A stretch of 30,691 nucleotides of DNA from a virus (taxonomy: Duplodnaviria > Caudoviricetes), in IMG/VR virus record IMGVR_UViG_3300028293_000020, positions 1-30,691 of that record. One strand, 5' to 3'. The notes beneath the pieces are model-generated. The model was not told the DNA's origin. It did no database searches and worked only from the letters and a program-made list of their open reading frames with translations. Shown in pieces: positions 15,942 through 25,142 of this stretch. A program made the translations under genes and the position numbers. Each line of letters opens with the position of its first letter. Within the stretch, counting starts at the first letter, position 1.

Positions 15942-17189
15942 ATGCTTACAGAATCTCAGGTAGTTGCCACCGAAATCGAGCGCGTTGCGCCGAAGGTGCC
16001 AACTCTTTTCGATAGGGATAGCGTTTTCTACGCTACCATCGAAAAGCGGGATGTGGAGAAGATTTCGGCTCGTGACATGAGGATTCCACTGGAAATTCGG
16101 CCCGGTGGAAACTTCGGTCACTACGATCCAGACGGCGGCGATCTGGGTCTTGGCGATGGACCGACCTTCGATAAGGCGGTTATCAATACTGTGCATCTGC
16201 GCCATGCTATTCAGTGGACCAAGAAATCAGAATGGGCCACCGATGATGCACGGAAGGCAGTGCTCAATACCTTCCGCCACTTGATGGCGAAATCCATGTC
16301 AGAGTTCCGGCGTCAGGTTGATTCGTTGACTATGACAGCTGGAGATGGTGCGGTGGGAACTGTTACATCAGTGAGCACTACGGCTGGTGTGGATACAGTT
16401 ACCTGCACCACGGATGGATTTGGTACTCGCCTACTGCGATTCGGGCAGTATGTGAATATCTACAACGCGGCCCTGACCACAAACAGGACGGCGGGCGCGG
16501 AACGCAAGATTTCCGCGCATGATCTGGTCAACAAGACTTTCGCAATTCCATCAGTTACCGGCATGATCGGAACTGATAGGGTTGTGATTTCTGGCTTGAC
16601 TGCAACTCCCCCAGTTAGTTTGTTTGGTGTTCCGTATCACCACTCAAACGCTTCGACTGGGACTTGGCTTGGATTCCCCCGGAGCACCACACCGGAAATC
16701 CGCGCCAATCGAGTCAACGCGGCAGGAAACCTCGCGTTGTCGCATTCCCGTCTGGCCCTCAATCGTATTGGGGACCGCGTGGGAATCGAAAATGGATTCA
16801 ATCCCACCGCGTGGATGCATCCATGCCAGGTCCAGGCTTATGAGGCACTTGGTCAGCTAGTCTCGGTAATCAATAAAACGGCTGGCGAGACTGGCCTGAA
16901 CATGTACTTCAACGATAATATGCGGCTGGCCGGTGCGGCAATCCGCAAATCGTTTAGCTGGGACAAGACGAGAATCGATTTCGTCATTCCTGAAGTGTGG
17001 GGTCGTGCAGAACTCCACCCGGCAGGATTCTACGAAGTGGATGGCCGCAAGTTGTTTGAAATTCGCGGTGCATCAGGTGGTGTTGCTTCAAGCCAGGTTT
17101 TCTATCTGGTGGCGAGCTTCAACTTCTTTGTCAACAATCCGGCAGCCTGCGCGTACATCGATGGGCTGACTGTGCCTTCGGGCTACTAG
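15942..17189 (+). CDS. Major capsid protein
   Basis: 415 aa immediately after the scaffold; strong SD; composition and ending (NNPAACAYIDGLTVPSGY) typical of HK97-fold capsids. Confidence 0.85.
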   Translation: MLTESQVVATEIERVAPKVPTLFDRDSVFYATIEKRDVEKISARDMRIPLEIRPGGNFGHYDPDGGDLGLGDGPTFDKAVINTVHLRHAIQWTKKSEWATDDARKAVLNTFRHLMAKSMSEFRRQVDSLTMTAGDGAVGTVTSVSTTAGVDTVTCTTDGFGTRLLRFGQYVNIYNAALTTNRTAGAERKISAHDLVNKTFAIPSVTGMIGTDRVVISGLTATPPVSLFGVPYHHSNASTGTWLGFPRSTTPEIRANRVNAAGNLALSHSRLALNRIGDRVGIENGFNPTAWMHPCQVQAYEALGQLVSVINKTAGETGLNMYFNDNMRLAGAAIRKSFSWDKTRIDFVIPEVWGRAELHPAGFYEVDGRKLFEIRGASGGVASSQVFYLVASFNFFVNNPAACAYIDGLTVPSGY

Positions 17190-17216
17190 CACTAGCTAGA
17201 AAAGAAGGAGAGCAAA

Positions 17217-17540
17217 ATGCCCGAAACTCCAAATCTCTTCCAGGTTGGGGGCCAGAACAATCCTGTTTCTGGTCCAATCGATCTGGTAATCACAGCGAAT
17301 GTGATTACTCCCACTGCGCTAGTCAATCGAGTTGCTGCGGCTGGTGGCTTGATTAAGACAATCACAGTACCTTGGCCCGGATTCGCCGGGTTCATCGTTT
17401 TGATTGCTGGCACCACCCCATATACTTGGGATGCGACAGCAAATATCGCGGTAGCGGGAACTTCAACAGCCACTGGTCGGGCCATGCTTTTCGTATATGA
17501 CCCGATTCCTGCCAAGTGGTATCCGGTGGTTTTCGCGTAG
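17217..17540 (+). CDS. Small beta-rich virion protein (possible capsid decoration)
   Basis: AAGGAG SD; directly after the capsid gene and before a hairpin, suggesting high co-expression. Confidence 0.55.
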   Translation: MPETPNLFQVGGQNNPVSGPIDLVITANVITPTALVNRVAAAGGLIKTITVPWPGFAGFIVLIAGTTPYTWDATANIAVAGTSTATGRAMLFVYDPIPAKWYPVVFA

Positions 17541-17543
17541 ACT

Positions 17544-17580
17544 ATGGTGGGTGTGGTCGGGTCAGGGCCGCACCCACTAT
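17544..17580 (+). terminator. Stem-loop after capsid/decoration genes (terminator or processing/stability hairpin)
   Basis: ATGGTGGGTGTGGTC pairs with GGCCGCACCCACTAT using three G.U pairs; 7-nt loop; only a weak U-tract follows. Confidence 0.6.
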
Positions 17581-17585
17581 TCTAG

Positions 17586-18155
17586 ATGGAATGGATGGGG
17601 AGAATGAGTGAAGAATTAAAGGTAATCAATGACAGACTACGAGATAGATTCGGGACGGATATTCACGGGCGTGTTAACTGGAGAGTCGTCTGGTCAGAAA
17701 CGGAGTTTGAAAAAAGGCTGGGATACTATCCCATTGGAAACACTCGAATTCTTAGCGAGAAAGCCGAAGTTCGGGAAGTACGGAAATATTCGTATATCCG
17801 GGACCGTCATATTCTGGAACGCCGAATCGACATGCTTCCGACCGCTGAATTGCCAGAAGCCAGTATGGTGGGATATTCTTACGAGCCGCTATATGTGTTC
17901 GAAGACAAGCGTGGGAATATGCTCCCAGTGCGATGGCATCCTATTGAAGTCTTCGTCAGAGTCGCTCTTGAAGGACCCAAGGCGTTTTTTACAGCGCGTA
18001 CTGAACAGATTGAAAGAGATAAATTCGAGCGTGAGGACATAGAGTATTTTGAGGCATTATTGGAGGATAACTCCCCTTATCTTGCAACAATGCTTCACAA
18101 TAAGGAAGCTGTATTCATGGACAGTCAAAAAAGGATGAAGAAAGATGGCGAATAG
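17586..18155 (+). CDS. Hypothetical phage protein (189 aa)
   Basis: Long ORF in the operon, overlapping the next start; true start may be 17604. Confidence 0.75.
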   Translation: MEWMGRMSEELKVINDRLRDRFGTDIHGRVNWRVVWSETEFEKRLGYYPIGNTRILSEKAEVREVRKYSYIRDRHILERRIDMLPTAELPEASMVGYSYEPLYVFEDKRGNMLPVRWHPIEVFVRVALEGPKAFFTARTEQIERDKFEREDIEYFEALLEDNSPYLATMLHNKEAVFMDSQKRMKKDGE

Positions 18156-18774
18156 ATACGATTCAGCTACTGTGGTTAGTCTTCTGCCGGTGGAGATTAA
18201 AGAGAGCAAGCCAGGACTTTATCCTGGTACTTACGTTATTCCACCCGCACCGGCGCGCGGGGATTTTTCTATTCTGGTGGTTCACGATGGAGTTCACTAC
18301 GTACCGCAGCTCGAACGGCCTCCCTACCAAGCAGTTACCTTGGCGCGGGAAATTGCTAAATCCCTCGTTGATGACTACAAGGAAGGCAGTCTGGGGATAG
18401 ATGAAGGTGCGGAGCCGGGACTTTTCTTTACTTCGGGGGAACTGACTAAGGAAGAAGTCAAGAAAGAACTAAAGGAAAAACTACTGGATGCTGCGGATAA
18501 ACAGCTCCACTGGTATATTGCTCTGGTGAAAATCGCTGATATCGAGTGGGCACAGCATGTGGGGAATCATAACGTCATCTCCACTATGATGCGCCACGCC
18601 GCACAGGCATTGGGACTGGAAAAGGAATGGATGATTGACCCCAATCAACTCCAGCTTATCTACTGCCCAGTCTGTAGAAATAACGTCTCCGCGCATGCAC
18701 TAGTTTGCGGAGCCTGCCGAGCGATTCTCAAGCCTGAAGAATACAAGAAATTTCAGTTTGCGGATGCAAAATAA
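18145..18774 (+). CDS. Hypothetical protein with C-terminal zinc ribbon
   Basis: CPVC-x10-CGAC near the C-terminus; TAATG coupling to the next gene. Confidence 0.75.
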   Translation: MANRYDSATVVSLLPVEIKESKPGLYPGTYVIPPAPARGDFSILVVHDGVHYVPQLERPPYQAVTLAREIAKSLVDDYKEGSLGIDEGAEPGLFFTSGELTKEEVKKELKEKLLDAADKQLHWYIALVKIADIEWAQHVGNHNVISTMMRHAAQALGLEKEWMIDPNQLQLIYCPVCRNNVSAHALVCGACRAILKPEEYKKFQFADAK

Positions 18775-19427
18775 TGTCTTCCTATACTGCAAAAGATAGA
18801 CTCGACGAAGCGGCGATTTTCTTGAATGATGCAAATCAGACGATGTTTACATTTTCTGTTTTGCTACCATTCCTGAAAATCGCCATGCAGGAACTCGAGG
18901 ATATTTTTGTAGCGAACGGCGTGAACTACGTACTGAAGAAAACCACGACTCTCAACGTAGGTATTGGTAGTGTTCAGATTTTCCCACCAACAGATTTCCT
19001 TACGCCTATCCTACTAATGGAGCGGCCCGCCGGGGCGACCATAGACCAGGATACGGATATGGTGGAGAAAAGTTGGAGTCCCAGTGAAAAGCCAACTGAC
19101 TCTCTAAGGTATTGGATGTGGCAGAATGGAGAAACTCTTTCACTTCTTGGCGCAACTACTTCACGGGACGTGACTATTAAATACTTCCGAAGTTTATCCA
19201 CGATGGAAGTTCCTGAGGATTCGATAGCGATCACCCACGTAAAGCAGTATCTCAGTGGTCGGGTAGCTTCACTTGCGGCGTTCGTCATTGGGGAAAACAC
19301 TACCCGTGCGGCGGCACTGGATGATTTGGCCCAATCAGCTCTAAATAGGGCATTAGCGATTTCCGCACGTAGAGGTCAATCCCGACCAGTTCGTAGAATC
19401 CCTTTCGGCACAAATAGGAGATGGTAA
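18774..19427 (+). CDS. Head-tail adaptor / tail tubular protein A-like
   Basis: About 217 aa with helix-helix N-terminus (LDEAAIFLND...LPFLKIAMQEL), beta middle and helical C-terminus; canonical position. Confidence 0.65.
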   Translation: MSSYTAKDRLDEAAIFLNDANQTMFTFSVLLPFLKIAMQELEDIFVANGVNYVLKKTTTLNVGIGSVQIFPPTDFLTPILLMERPAGATIDQDTDMVEKSWSPSEKPTDSLRYWMWQNGETLSLLGATTSRDVTIKYFRSLSTMEVPEDSIAITHVKQYLSGRVASLAAFVIGENTTRAAALDDLAQSALNRALAISARRGQSRPVRRIPFGTNRRW

Positions 19428-19987
19428 TGACTACAGTTGTGAAACAGCAGGATGGTGAAGTCGAACAGCGAAATCCTGCATCGGCCCCTCTACCCAGTGA
19501 GCAGTTGGATACAAAGGTAGAGCCGCTACATCCCACACTCGCGGAGTTGACCAGTTTAGGCGCGGAAATCGACCGACTGACGAAAAAGTACACGGATGAT
19601 GGATTGCAGGTTTCGGAATTTCCTGCATCCTATCATGCCCTGACAGAGCAGTACCGTCAGCTTGCCATGCAGTCGAAGACTATCCTTGCTAGGATTGGTC
19701 CGGCAGAAACCAAGGCCCAGAAGGAAGCTGAAGAACTCAAGGCCCAGGCGGAGCAGAAGGTTGCAGAGGCCAAGGTAGCTGACGCCGCGGCTCACGATAC
19801 AGCGATGAAGAAGGCTACCGAGGAAGCTGCTGCCGTAGCGAAGGCAGAGGAAGAAAAGCGAGTAGCGGAGGAAAAGAAACTCGCTGAGGAAAAGAAGTCC
19901 ACGCTTTCAGTTCTGACGGCCAAGGAAAAGGCTGCTGAGGAGAAAGCAAAGAAGGAAGCTGAAGAGAAGGAGAAAGGTAAGAAATAA
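19421..19987 (+). CDS. Ala/Glu/Lys-rich coiled-coil protein
   Basis: C-terminal half is AEEK-type repeats; start may be 19427. Confidence 0.7.
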   Translation: MVMTTVVKQQDGEVEQRNPASAPLPSEQLDTKVEPLHPTLAELTSLGAEIDRLTKKYTDDGLQVSEFPASYHALTEQYRQLAMQSKTILARIGPAETKAQKEAEELKAQAEQKVAEAKVADAAAHDTAMKKATEEAAAVAKAEEEKRVAEEKKLAEEKKSTLSVLTAKEKAAEEKAKKEAEEKEKGKK

Positions 19988-20329
19988 ATGGCAGTTACCG
20001 TAACCCAGATTGACCAGTGGAATGATTCGGGCAGAATCAATACTATCCTTGCCGTAGTTTTCTCTGGAAGCTACGCTGCCGGTGGGGATCTATTGGATTT
20101 TGCTCCGTATCAGCAAGGTTCCATCCAGCCAGAGTGGGTGGACATTCGTGGCAAAGCAGGTTTTGTCTACGAATACGACATCACGAACAAGAAAATCATG
20201 GTTCGTGGCGTTGACCCTGCTGCGGCCGGCGGTACAATCACTGCATTGCCAGAGATTGCCACCGCAGCATATCCAGCAGGCGTGACTGGAGATATCGTTA
20301 GGATTTTCCTTATCTCCAAGTTGAACTAG
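19988..20329 (+). CDS. Small virion structural protein (putative)
   Basis: 113 aa, beta-rich (FSGSYAAGGDLLD...GFVYEYD...EIATAAYP); abuts the previous stop. Confidence 0.6.
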   Translation: MAVTVTQIDQWNDSGRINTILAVVFSGSYAAGGDLLDFAPYQQGSIQPEWVDIRGKAGFVYEYDITNKKIMVRGVDPAAAGGTITALPEIATAAYPAGVTGDIVRIFLISKLN

Positions 20330-20331
20330 AG

Positions 20332-20406
20332 TTATCGGGGGAAGTTTAGGGTGGCTGGAACTCTGTGTCCCCGCACAGAGAAGACACTTTAGATTTCCTC
20401 CGGTAA
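20332..20406 (+). other. Long intergenic RNA hairpin
   Basis: 22-bp outer stem (20332-20353 / 20385-20406) fully paired with six G.U pairs, an internal loop, and a 7-bp inner stem CTCTGTG/CACAGAG. Confidence 0.8.
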
Positions 20407-20428
20407 ATTCGAAATTCGAGAGACTAAA

Positions 20429-22417
20429 ATGAGAGATCAAGACAAATTCACGTACGACAGCTTCCGTGGGATGTGGAATCGCGGGGATGATGATGCCTGC
20501 CCGCCGGATCATTTCCTTGACTGCCTGAATCTCAAGTTTGATAAAAATAGCGTAGAGTCCAGAGATGGATTCCGCACTGAATTTTCTACCGTTAATGCTG
20601 TCATTTATCGGATGGCGATTTACCGACCACTTACTGGAGTTCCCCATCGAATCGTTCTCTACGCTAATGGCGCTAATAGTGATCTCTACGATATCGATGT
20701 CTCGACGGCAGTTCCTATCCTAGCAGGTATTGGCCCGCATGATTTTTCGATGGTTAACATGTATGGCCGCGCATATCTAGTTTTTCACGATCGAGTGATT
20801 AACTCTCCAATTAGTCCACTTTACCTGTATAACGGCACTACTGCGCGGCTCGCCGGTGGGGCTGCCCCTACATCTACTCTGGTAGAGACTGCCGTAGGCG
20901 CGGGGAAGATTGAAGTTGGGGATTTGCTCCTGACATATTCCTTCGAGACAGACTCAGGATTTATTACAAAATCCTACGCAACTCCAATCCGGCATACCTT
21001 CGCGGCAGCGAATAATAGTATTACCGTAACAGTTCCAACTGGTCCCGCCGGTACTGTTGCGCGGCGATTGATAGCCTGCAAGACAGTCCCTCTAGGCGTT
21101 TATAATGGAGATCCCCGCACTCAGAAATTTTACTTCGTTCCGGGTAATGGACGCATTGGAGATAACGTAACTACCAGCGTAGTTTTAACATTTTTCAATT
21201 CAGAGTTAATCGATTCGGCAGACTACCTAGCTGATAACATCACAAATCCTCCTGGCGGTCTACTCCTTGGAACCTATGGAACTAGACTAGTTCTAGGCGG
21301 GGATGCGACTTTCCCTCACATCGTTAGATTTAGTGAACCCGGAAATCCTGAGGCGTTTTCTGCTGTTTCTGGATTTATCACGGTAGATCCTAGCGAGATG
21401 ACTGCCATAACCAATGGATGGGAGTGGCAGGGTTCCTATGTAGTCACTAAACGTAGGAAAACCTACATCACTAGCGATACTGGAAGTTCAGCTTCTAAGT
21501 GGCCGGTGGATAGTGTAGATGGCTCCGTGGGAACTGAATGCTTTGGAGTTTCAGTCGTTGCGGATGCTACGAATAGTTGGAAGAATATTACTCTCGTGGC
21601 AGACCAGTCAGGACTGATGATTTTTGACGGAACCTACAATGAAATCCCACTAACCGATAAAATTAAGGATTGGTGGGGAGCACTCTGGCAGTTGAGTTTT
21701 GACAGGATTCAGGTTGTAGTCGATGCTGCGGCGAAGCGGGTCTACTGCCTAGTTCCACGATTGAAAGCAGCGGGGGCCGCGCCTACTTACTGCAATCATA
21801 TTCTGGTTGGAGATTTCCAGTATGGTCTAGATCCAGTAAATATCATCTGGAGTCCTTGGGCATTAGTTCCTGCTGCGGCATGGGTTAAGCTACAGATTTC
21901 CTGCATAATGATGGATTACGATACTATTCCATCAACTGTGCCGACTATTAAACCACGCCTCAAGATAGCCAGTGACAGGGCTATAATAGTACTCACTCCA
22001 GATGTCTGGGATGATTACCTACTTACGGGTAACGTAGTTATTCCAAGCTATGCTCGGTTTAGCTATACCCAGTTCGATGATGATGATTCGGTATGCACTT
22101 TCATCATGGCTAAACTGCGGGCTTCCGGTTTAGGTAAACTAAACATTACTCTAACTCCACTAGATGTCACGCTAGACCCTGAAGATCCCAGGTCGATTTT
22201 TGACATCAGGTATGGAATTGATTTACTTACTAGTGTTCCACATCCAATAGATAAGCTAGTTAACTTTACAGCTAATCGAGCCTCAATGATTCTCCATCAG
22301 GGAATTATGAATTTGGGGGTCGCCGCACCACAGGCTTACTGGTGTTTGAATAAGGCTATCCTTTATGGTAAAGCTACTTGGGCTAGCCTACCCTCATTGA
22401 CTTCGATGAGGACGTAA
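20429..22417 (+). CDS. Tail nozzle / DNA stabilisation protein (tail tubular protein B, P22 gp10-like)
   Basis: 662 aa, beta-rich; N-terminal SFRGMW...DCLNL...ESRDG, RLVLGG...VRFSEPGNPEAF, SVGT motifs typical of podophage nozzle propellers. Confidence 0.75.
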   Translation: MRDQDKFTYDSFRGMWNRGDDDACPPDHFLDCLNLKFDKNSVESRDGFRTEFSTVNAVIYRMAIYRPLTGVPHRIVLYANGANSDLYDIDVSTAVPILAGIGPHDFSMVNMYGRAYLVFHDRVINSPISPLYLYNGTTARLAGGAAPTSTLVETAVGAGKIEVGDLLLTYSFETDSGFITKSYATPIRHTFAAANNSITVTVPTGPAGTVARRLIACKTVPLGVYNGDPRTQKFYFVPGNGRIGDNVTTSVVLTFFNSELIDSADYLADNITNPPGGLLLGTYGTRLVLGGDATFPHIVRFSEPGNPEAFSAVSGFITVDPSEMTAITNGWEWQGSYVVTKRRKTYITSDTGSSASKWPVDSVDGSVGTECFGVSVVADATNSWKNITLVADQSGLMIFDGTYNEIPLTDKIKDWWGALWQLSFDRIQVVVDAAAKRVYCLVPRLKAAGAAPTYCNHILVGDFQYGLDPVNIIWSPWALVPAAAWVKLQISCIMMDYDTIPSTVPTIKPRLKIASDRAIIVLTPDVWDDYLLTGNVVIPSYARFSYTQFDDDDSVCTFIMAKLRASGLGKLNITLTPLDVTLDPEDPRSIFDIRYGIDLLTSVPHPIDKLVNFTANRASMILHQGIMNLGVAAPQAYWCLNKAILYGKATWASLPSLTSMRT

Positions 22418-23409
22418 TGGCACTAAATCAGGGAACTCTGGACGGCCTAATCAATAGCGCGACCCGCGGGGAGAAAATCGATAACGCGAAGCTGGCCGCC
22501 GCGCTTTCAGCTATTTCCAACAAGCTATTTGGAGTTGGCGAAGCTACATCTTCACTGATTGAGGCAGCTATAGCTGCCGGGGGATTCGTTCAGGGACCGC
22601 CGCTCTCATTAGATAACGAAGTAGCTCTTTATAGTGGAGTTACCGGGAAGTTAATTAAGCAGTCTGGGTTTCTTGGACCTGACGTAGCACGGAAAAGTGT
22701 TAACAATAACTTCACTGCCCGACAAGCCTTTAAGGGTCCGGGCAAGATGCAAGTTGACATCTTTGATAGTGCTGGTGGTGCATGGCTCCAAATGCAAAAT
22801 TCTGGGGCCGCCGCGAATGTTAAGAGATGGTATTTTTTAGTTAGTAATGATCCAGCAAAATTAGATATAGGAACTATCGATGATACTGAGTCCTTTCCAG
22901 TAGCAATATTAACTCTTTCTAATGCTGGATTAGTTAGTTTAAATAACGGGCAACTTAGTTTTCCAGCAACTCAGCAAGCATCGACCAACGCTAATACATT
23001 AGATGATTATGAAGAAGGAACTTGGACTCCGGTAATTGGAGGAGCTGGTGGAAATGGTAGCCAGAGCTACTCCGTTCAGATGGGAAGTTACGTAAAAATC
23101 GGTCAGTTTGTTTATGCAAGTTTTAACGTAACACTAAGTAATAAAGGCGCGGGGATCACTGGTGCCCTGCAAATTCAGGGACTACCATTTACTGTATTGA
23201 GTGTAACGAACTACTTCCCTCCAGTATTTATAAACTACTGGACTAGCGCGGGAATTGCTCTATCTGGTATGGGTGGATACTGCTCTGGAACTGTATGTAA
23301 TGTGTATGGAGTTGCAGCAGCTGCAACTAGCGTTTCAGCAGGTGACAATACCTGGATAAATAACACCACTCAGTTTCTCGGCGCGGCGGCCTACCGCGCT
23401 AGCGCATAA
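22417..23409 (+). CDS. Tail fibre protein
   Basis: GPPLSLDNEVALYSGVTGKLI and NANTLDDYEEGTWTP...GSYVKIGQFV...IQGLPFT motifs common in phage fibres. Confidence 0.8.
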   Translation: MALNQGTLDGLINSATRGEKIDNAKLAAALSAISNKLFGVGEATSSLIEAAIAAGGFVQGPPLSLDNEVALYSGVTGKLIKQSGFLGPDVARKSVNNNFTARQAFKGPGKMQVDIFDSAGGAWLQMQNSGAAANVKRWYFLVSNDPAKLDIGTIDDTESFPVAILTLSNAGLVSLNNGQLSFPATQQASTNANTLDDYEEGTWTPVIGGAGGNGSQSYSVQMGSYVKIGQFVYASFNVTLSNKGAGITGALQIQGLPFTVLSVTNYFPPVFINYWTSAGIALSGMGGYCSGTVCNVYGVAAAATSVSAGDNTWINNTTQFLGAAAYRASA

Positions 23410-23429
23410 ATTGGAGAGAAGGAGACGAA

Positions 23430-23699
23430 ATGCCTGGAATGCAAGTATCGAATCTTACGTTTCAAGAAACGGCAGGACAGATTTCCCTTAATGTCCAGAA
23501 AGCCTGTAATGACGTGGAGGAGTTTAAGCGTCAGTTAGATCCCTTCACCGCGCAGGCTTTAGCGGATAAGTTTGGAATTAGTCTGGATGACGCAAATATC
23601 ATCAAATCAGCCTATACTGAGTTATCAACGGTAGCTCAGGCCCAAGCTAACAACCGAACTTTCAGCTCTAAACTCAATGGAGTTGGGGACGTTTTGTAG
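23430..23699 (+). CDS. Hypothetical helical protein (possible fibre-associated)
   Basis: AAGGAG SD; follows the fibre gene. Confidence 0.7.
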   Translation: MPGMQVSNLTFQETAGQISLNVQKACNDVEEFKRQLDPFTAQALADKFGISLDDANIIKSAYTELSTVAQAQANNRTFSSKLNGVGDVL

Positions 23700-24079
23700 T
23701 GGATTTAGAGTTGACCCTGAGTCCGGGAGATTTGAAGCAAGTCAATCAAATCTACTGGAAATTTCATGCAGATAATCTCTACATCCCCAGCGCGGAGAAC
23801 TCGATTGCTATGGCGCTGGCTAAGGATGGGGACCGGGTAATCGCATTCGGTATGGCGAAACTGTTTCCTGAGGCAATTCTGATTCTTGATAAAAGCGCAA
23901 GCCCGCGACAGCGAACTGAGGCGTTTAGGATGCTGATGCGGCACGGCATTAAATCTGTGAAAGCGGCTAGGCACAAATATCTTCATGCTACGATTCATGA
24001 TGAGAAATACGGTAAGTTACTGACCAAACACTACGGATTCAAGCCCTCGGATGGGGAGCAATTCTCCCTAGAATTATGA
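23699..24079 (+). CDS. GNAT-fold-like virion assembly protein (putative)
   Basis: 126 aa, DGDRVIAFG...LLTKHYGFK pattern; position just before the internal-protein genes, as in T7/P22-type modules. Confidence 0.55.
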   Translation: MDLELTLSPGDLKQVNQIYWKFHADNLYIPSAENSIAMALAKDGDRVIAFGMAKLFPEAILILDKSASPRQRTEAFRMLMRHGIKSVKAARHKYLHATIHDEKYGKLLTKHYGFKPSDGEQFSLEL

Positions 24080-24083
24080 GGCT

Positions 24084-25139
24084 ATGATGGGCCGCGCACA
24101 GCAAAAAAGAACGAATGAACTAAATGAGTCCGTCCGGCAACAGTCCTCAGCTAGGTATACTGACTACGGACGGGATCAAAATGCTATTGGTCAGGAATAC
24201 CGAAACCAACAGCGGCCCACCTACGATAGAGCTATGGGTGTCTATGATACTCTAGCTCAAGGCTATCCTGCTGGTAGTGGGGGTTCTGGCAGTGGCAGTG
24301 GAGGTGGGGGTGGGGGAAATTCCTACATTAGGGATTTCAATCCTGCGAACGTAGCAGATGCTAAGGCAGGGTATGATGAGTTCGCCAAGACTGGTGGATA
24401 CTCAGACCAAGACCAAGCAATGTTCCGTGCTCGCGGGAATGCTACTCTACCTTCATTCTACAGTAATCTGAAGAATAACATGGCTACCCAGCGCAATAGG
24501 CAGGGCGGCTATGGTGCGGGCTTCGATGCGGCTGATGCGGCGATGGCACGGGAGGCCGCGCAGGCAACCTATGAAGGCCAGCTAGGTACTGAAAATACGC
24601 TACAGAATAACATTAGAGAAGGACGTAGATTCGGTATTGGCGGTCAGGCTGATTTGGGTAAATTCAAGAGTAACTTCGAGCTTCAGAGAGACACTTCGCA
24701 GGGAAGTCTCAATGAATCTGCTGCGAATCGTGCTCAAAGAAATACTGAATTCACCGCAGATGAGGATTTCCGGCGCAGGCAGGAAGCCGCGCGGGGATAC
24801 TCTGGATTGTACGGGGATTCCGGTGCTCTAGAAGGCGGAGCGCGGCAACGCCAGCTAGGTGGATTAACTGCTGAAGACCAGATGCAAGCTGGTGCTATCA
24901 ATAGACAGTACGAATACAATAGACCCTGGGGCGGCGCACTTGCCAATAGCCTGATTGGTGGATTAACTGGTGCTTCGGGGGGCTGGCTAGGAAATATAGG
25001 AAAAGCGGCTTTAGGTGGTCTTGGTAAGGGTAGTGGTGGAGACTCCAATGCTGGCTATTATGATGATGCTACAGGCCAATACGTAAATCCAAGTAATCCT
25101 TACCCATTCTATCCCAATCCCGACCCAAATCGTGAGTAA
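24084..25139 (+). CDS. Internal virion / DNA ejection protein 1 (putative)
   Basis: G/Q/A/N-rich helical protein with a Gly-rich hydrophobic C-terminal segment (WGGALANSLIGGLTGASGGWLG). Confidence 0.65.
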   Translation: MMGRAQQKRTNELNESVRQQSSARYTDYGRDQNAIGQEYRNQQRPTYDRAMGVYDTLAQGYPAGSGGSGSGSGGGGGGNSYIRDFNPANVADAKAGYDEFAKTGGYSDQDQAMFRARGNATLPSFYSNLKNNMATQRNRQGGYGAGFDAADAAMAREAAQATYEGQLGTENTLQNNIREGRRFGIGGQADLGKFKSNFELQRDTSQGSLNESAANRAQRNTEFTADEDFRRRQEAARGYSGLYGDSGALEGGARQRQLGGLTAEDQMQAGAINRQYEYNRPWGGALANSLIGGLTGASGGWLGNIGKAALGGLGKGSGGDSNAGYYDDATGQYVNPSNPYPFYPNPDPNRE

Positions 25140-25142
25140 GAT

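Noticed and set aside
19421-19987. TolA or tape-measure protein
   Set aside because: Only compositional similarity; no TM anchor and far too short for a tape measure.
22417-23409. Diversity-generating retroelement target
   Set aside because: No reverse transcriptase and no second near-identical copy of the fibre 3' end seen in the window.
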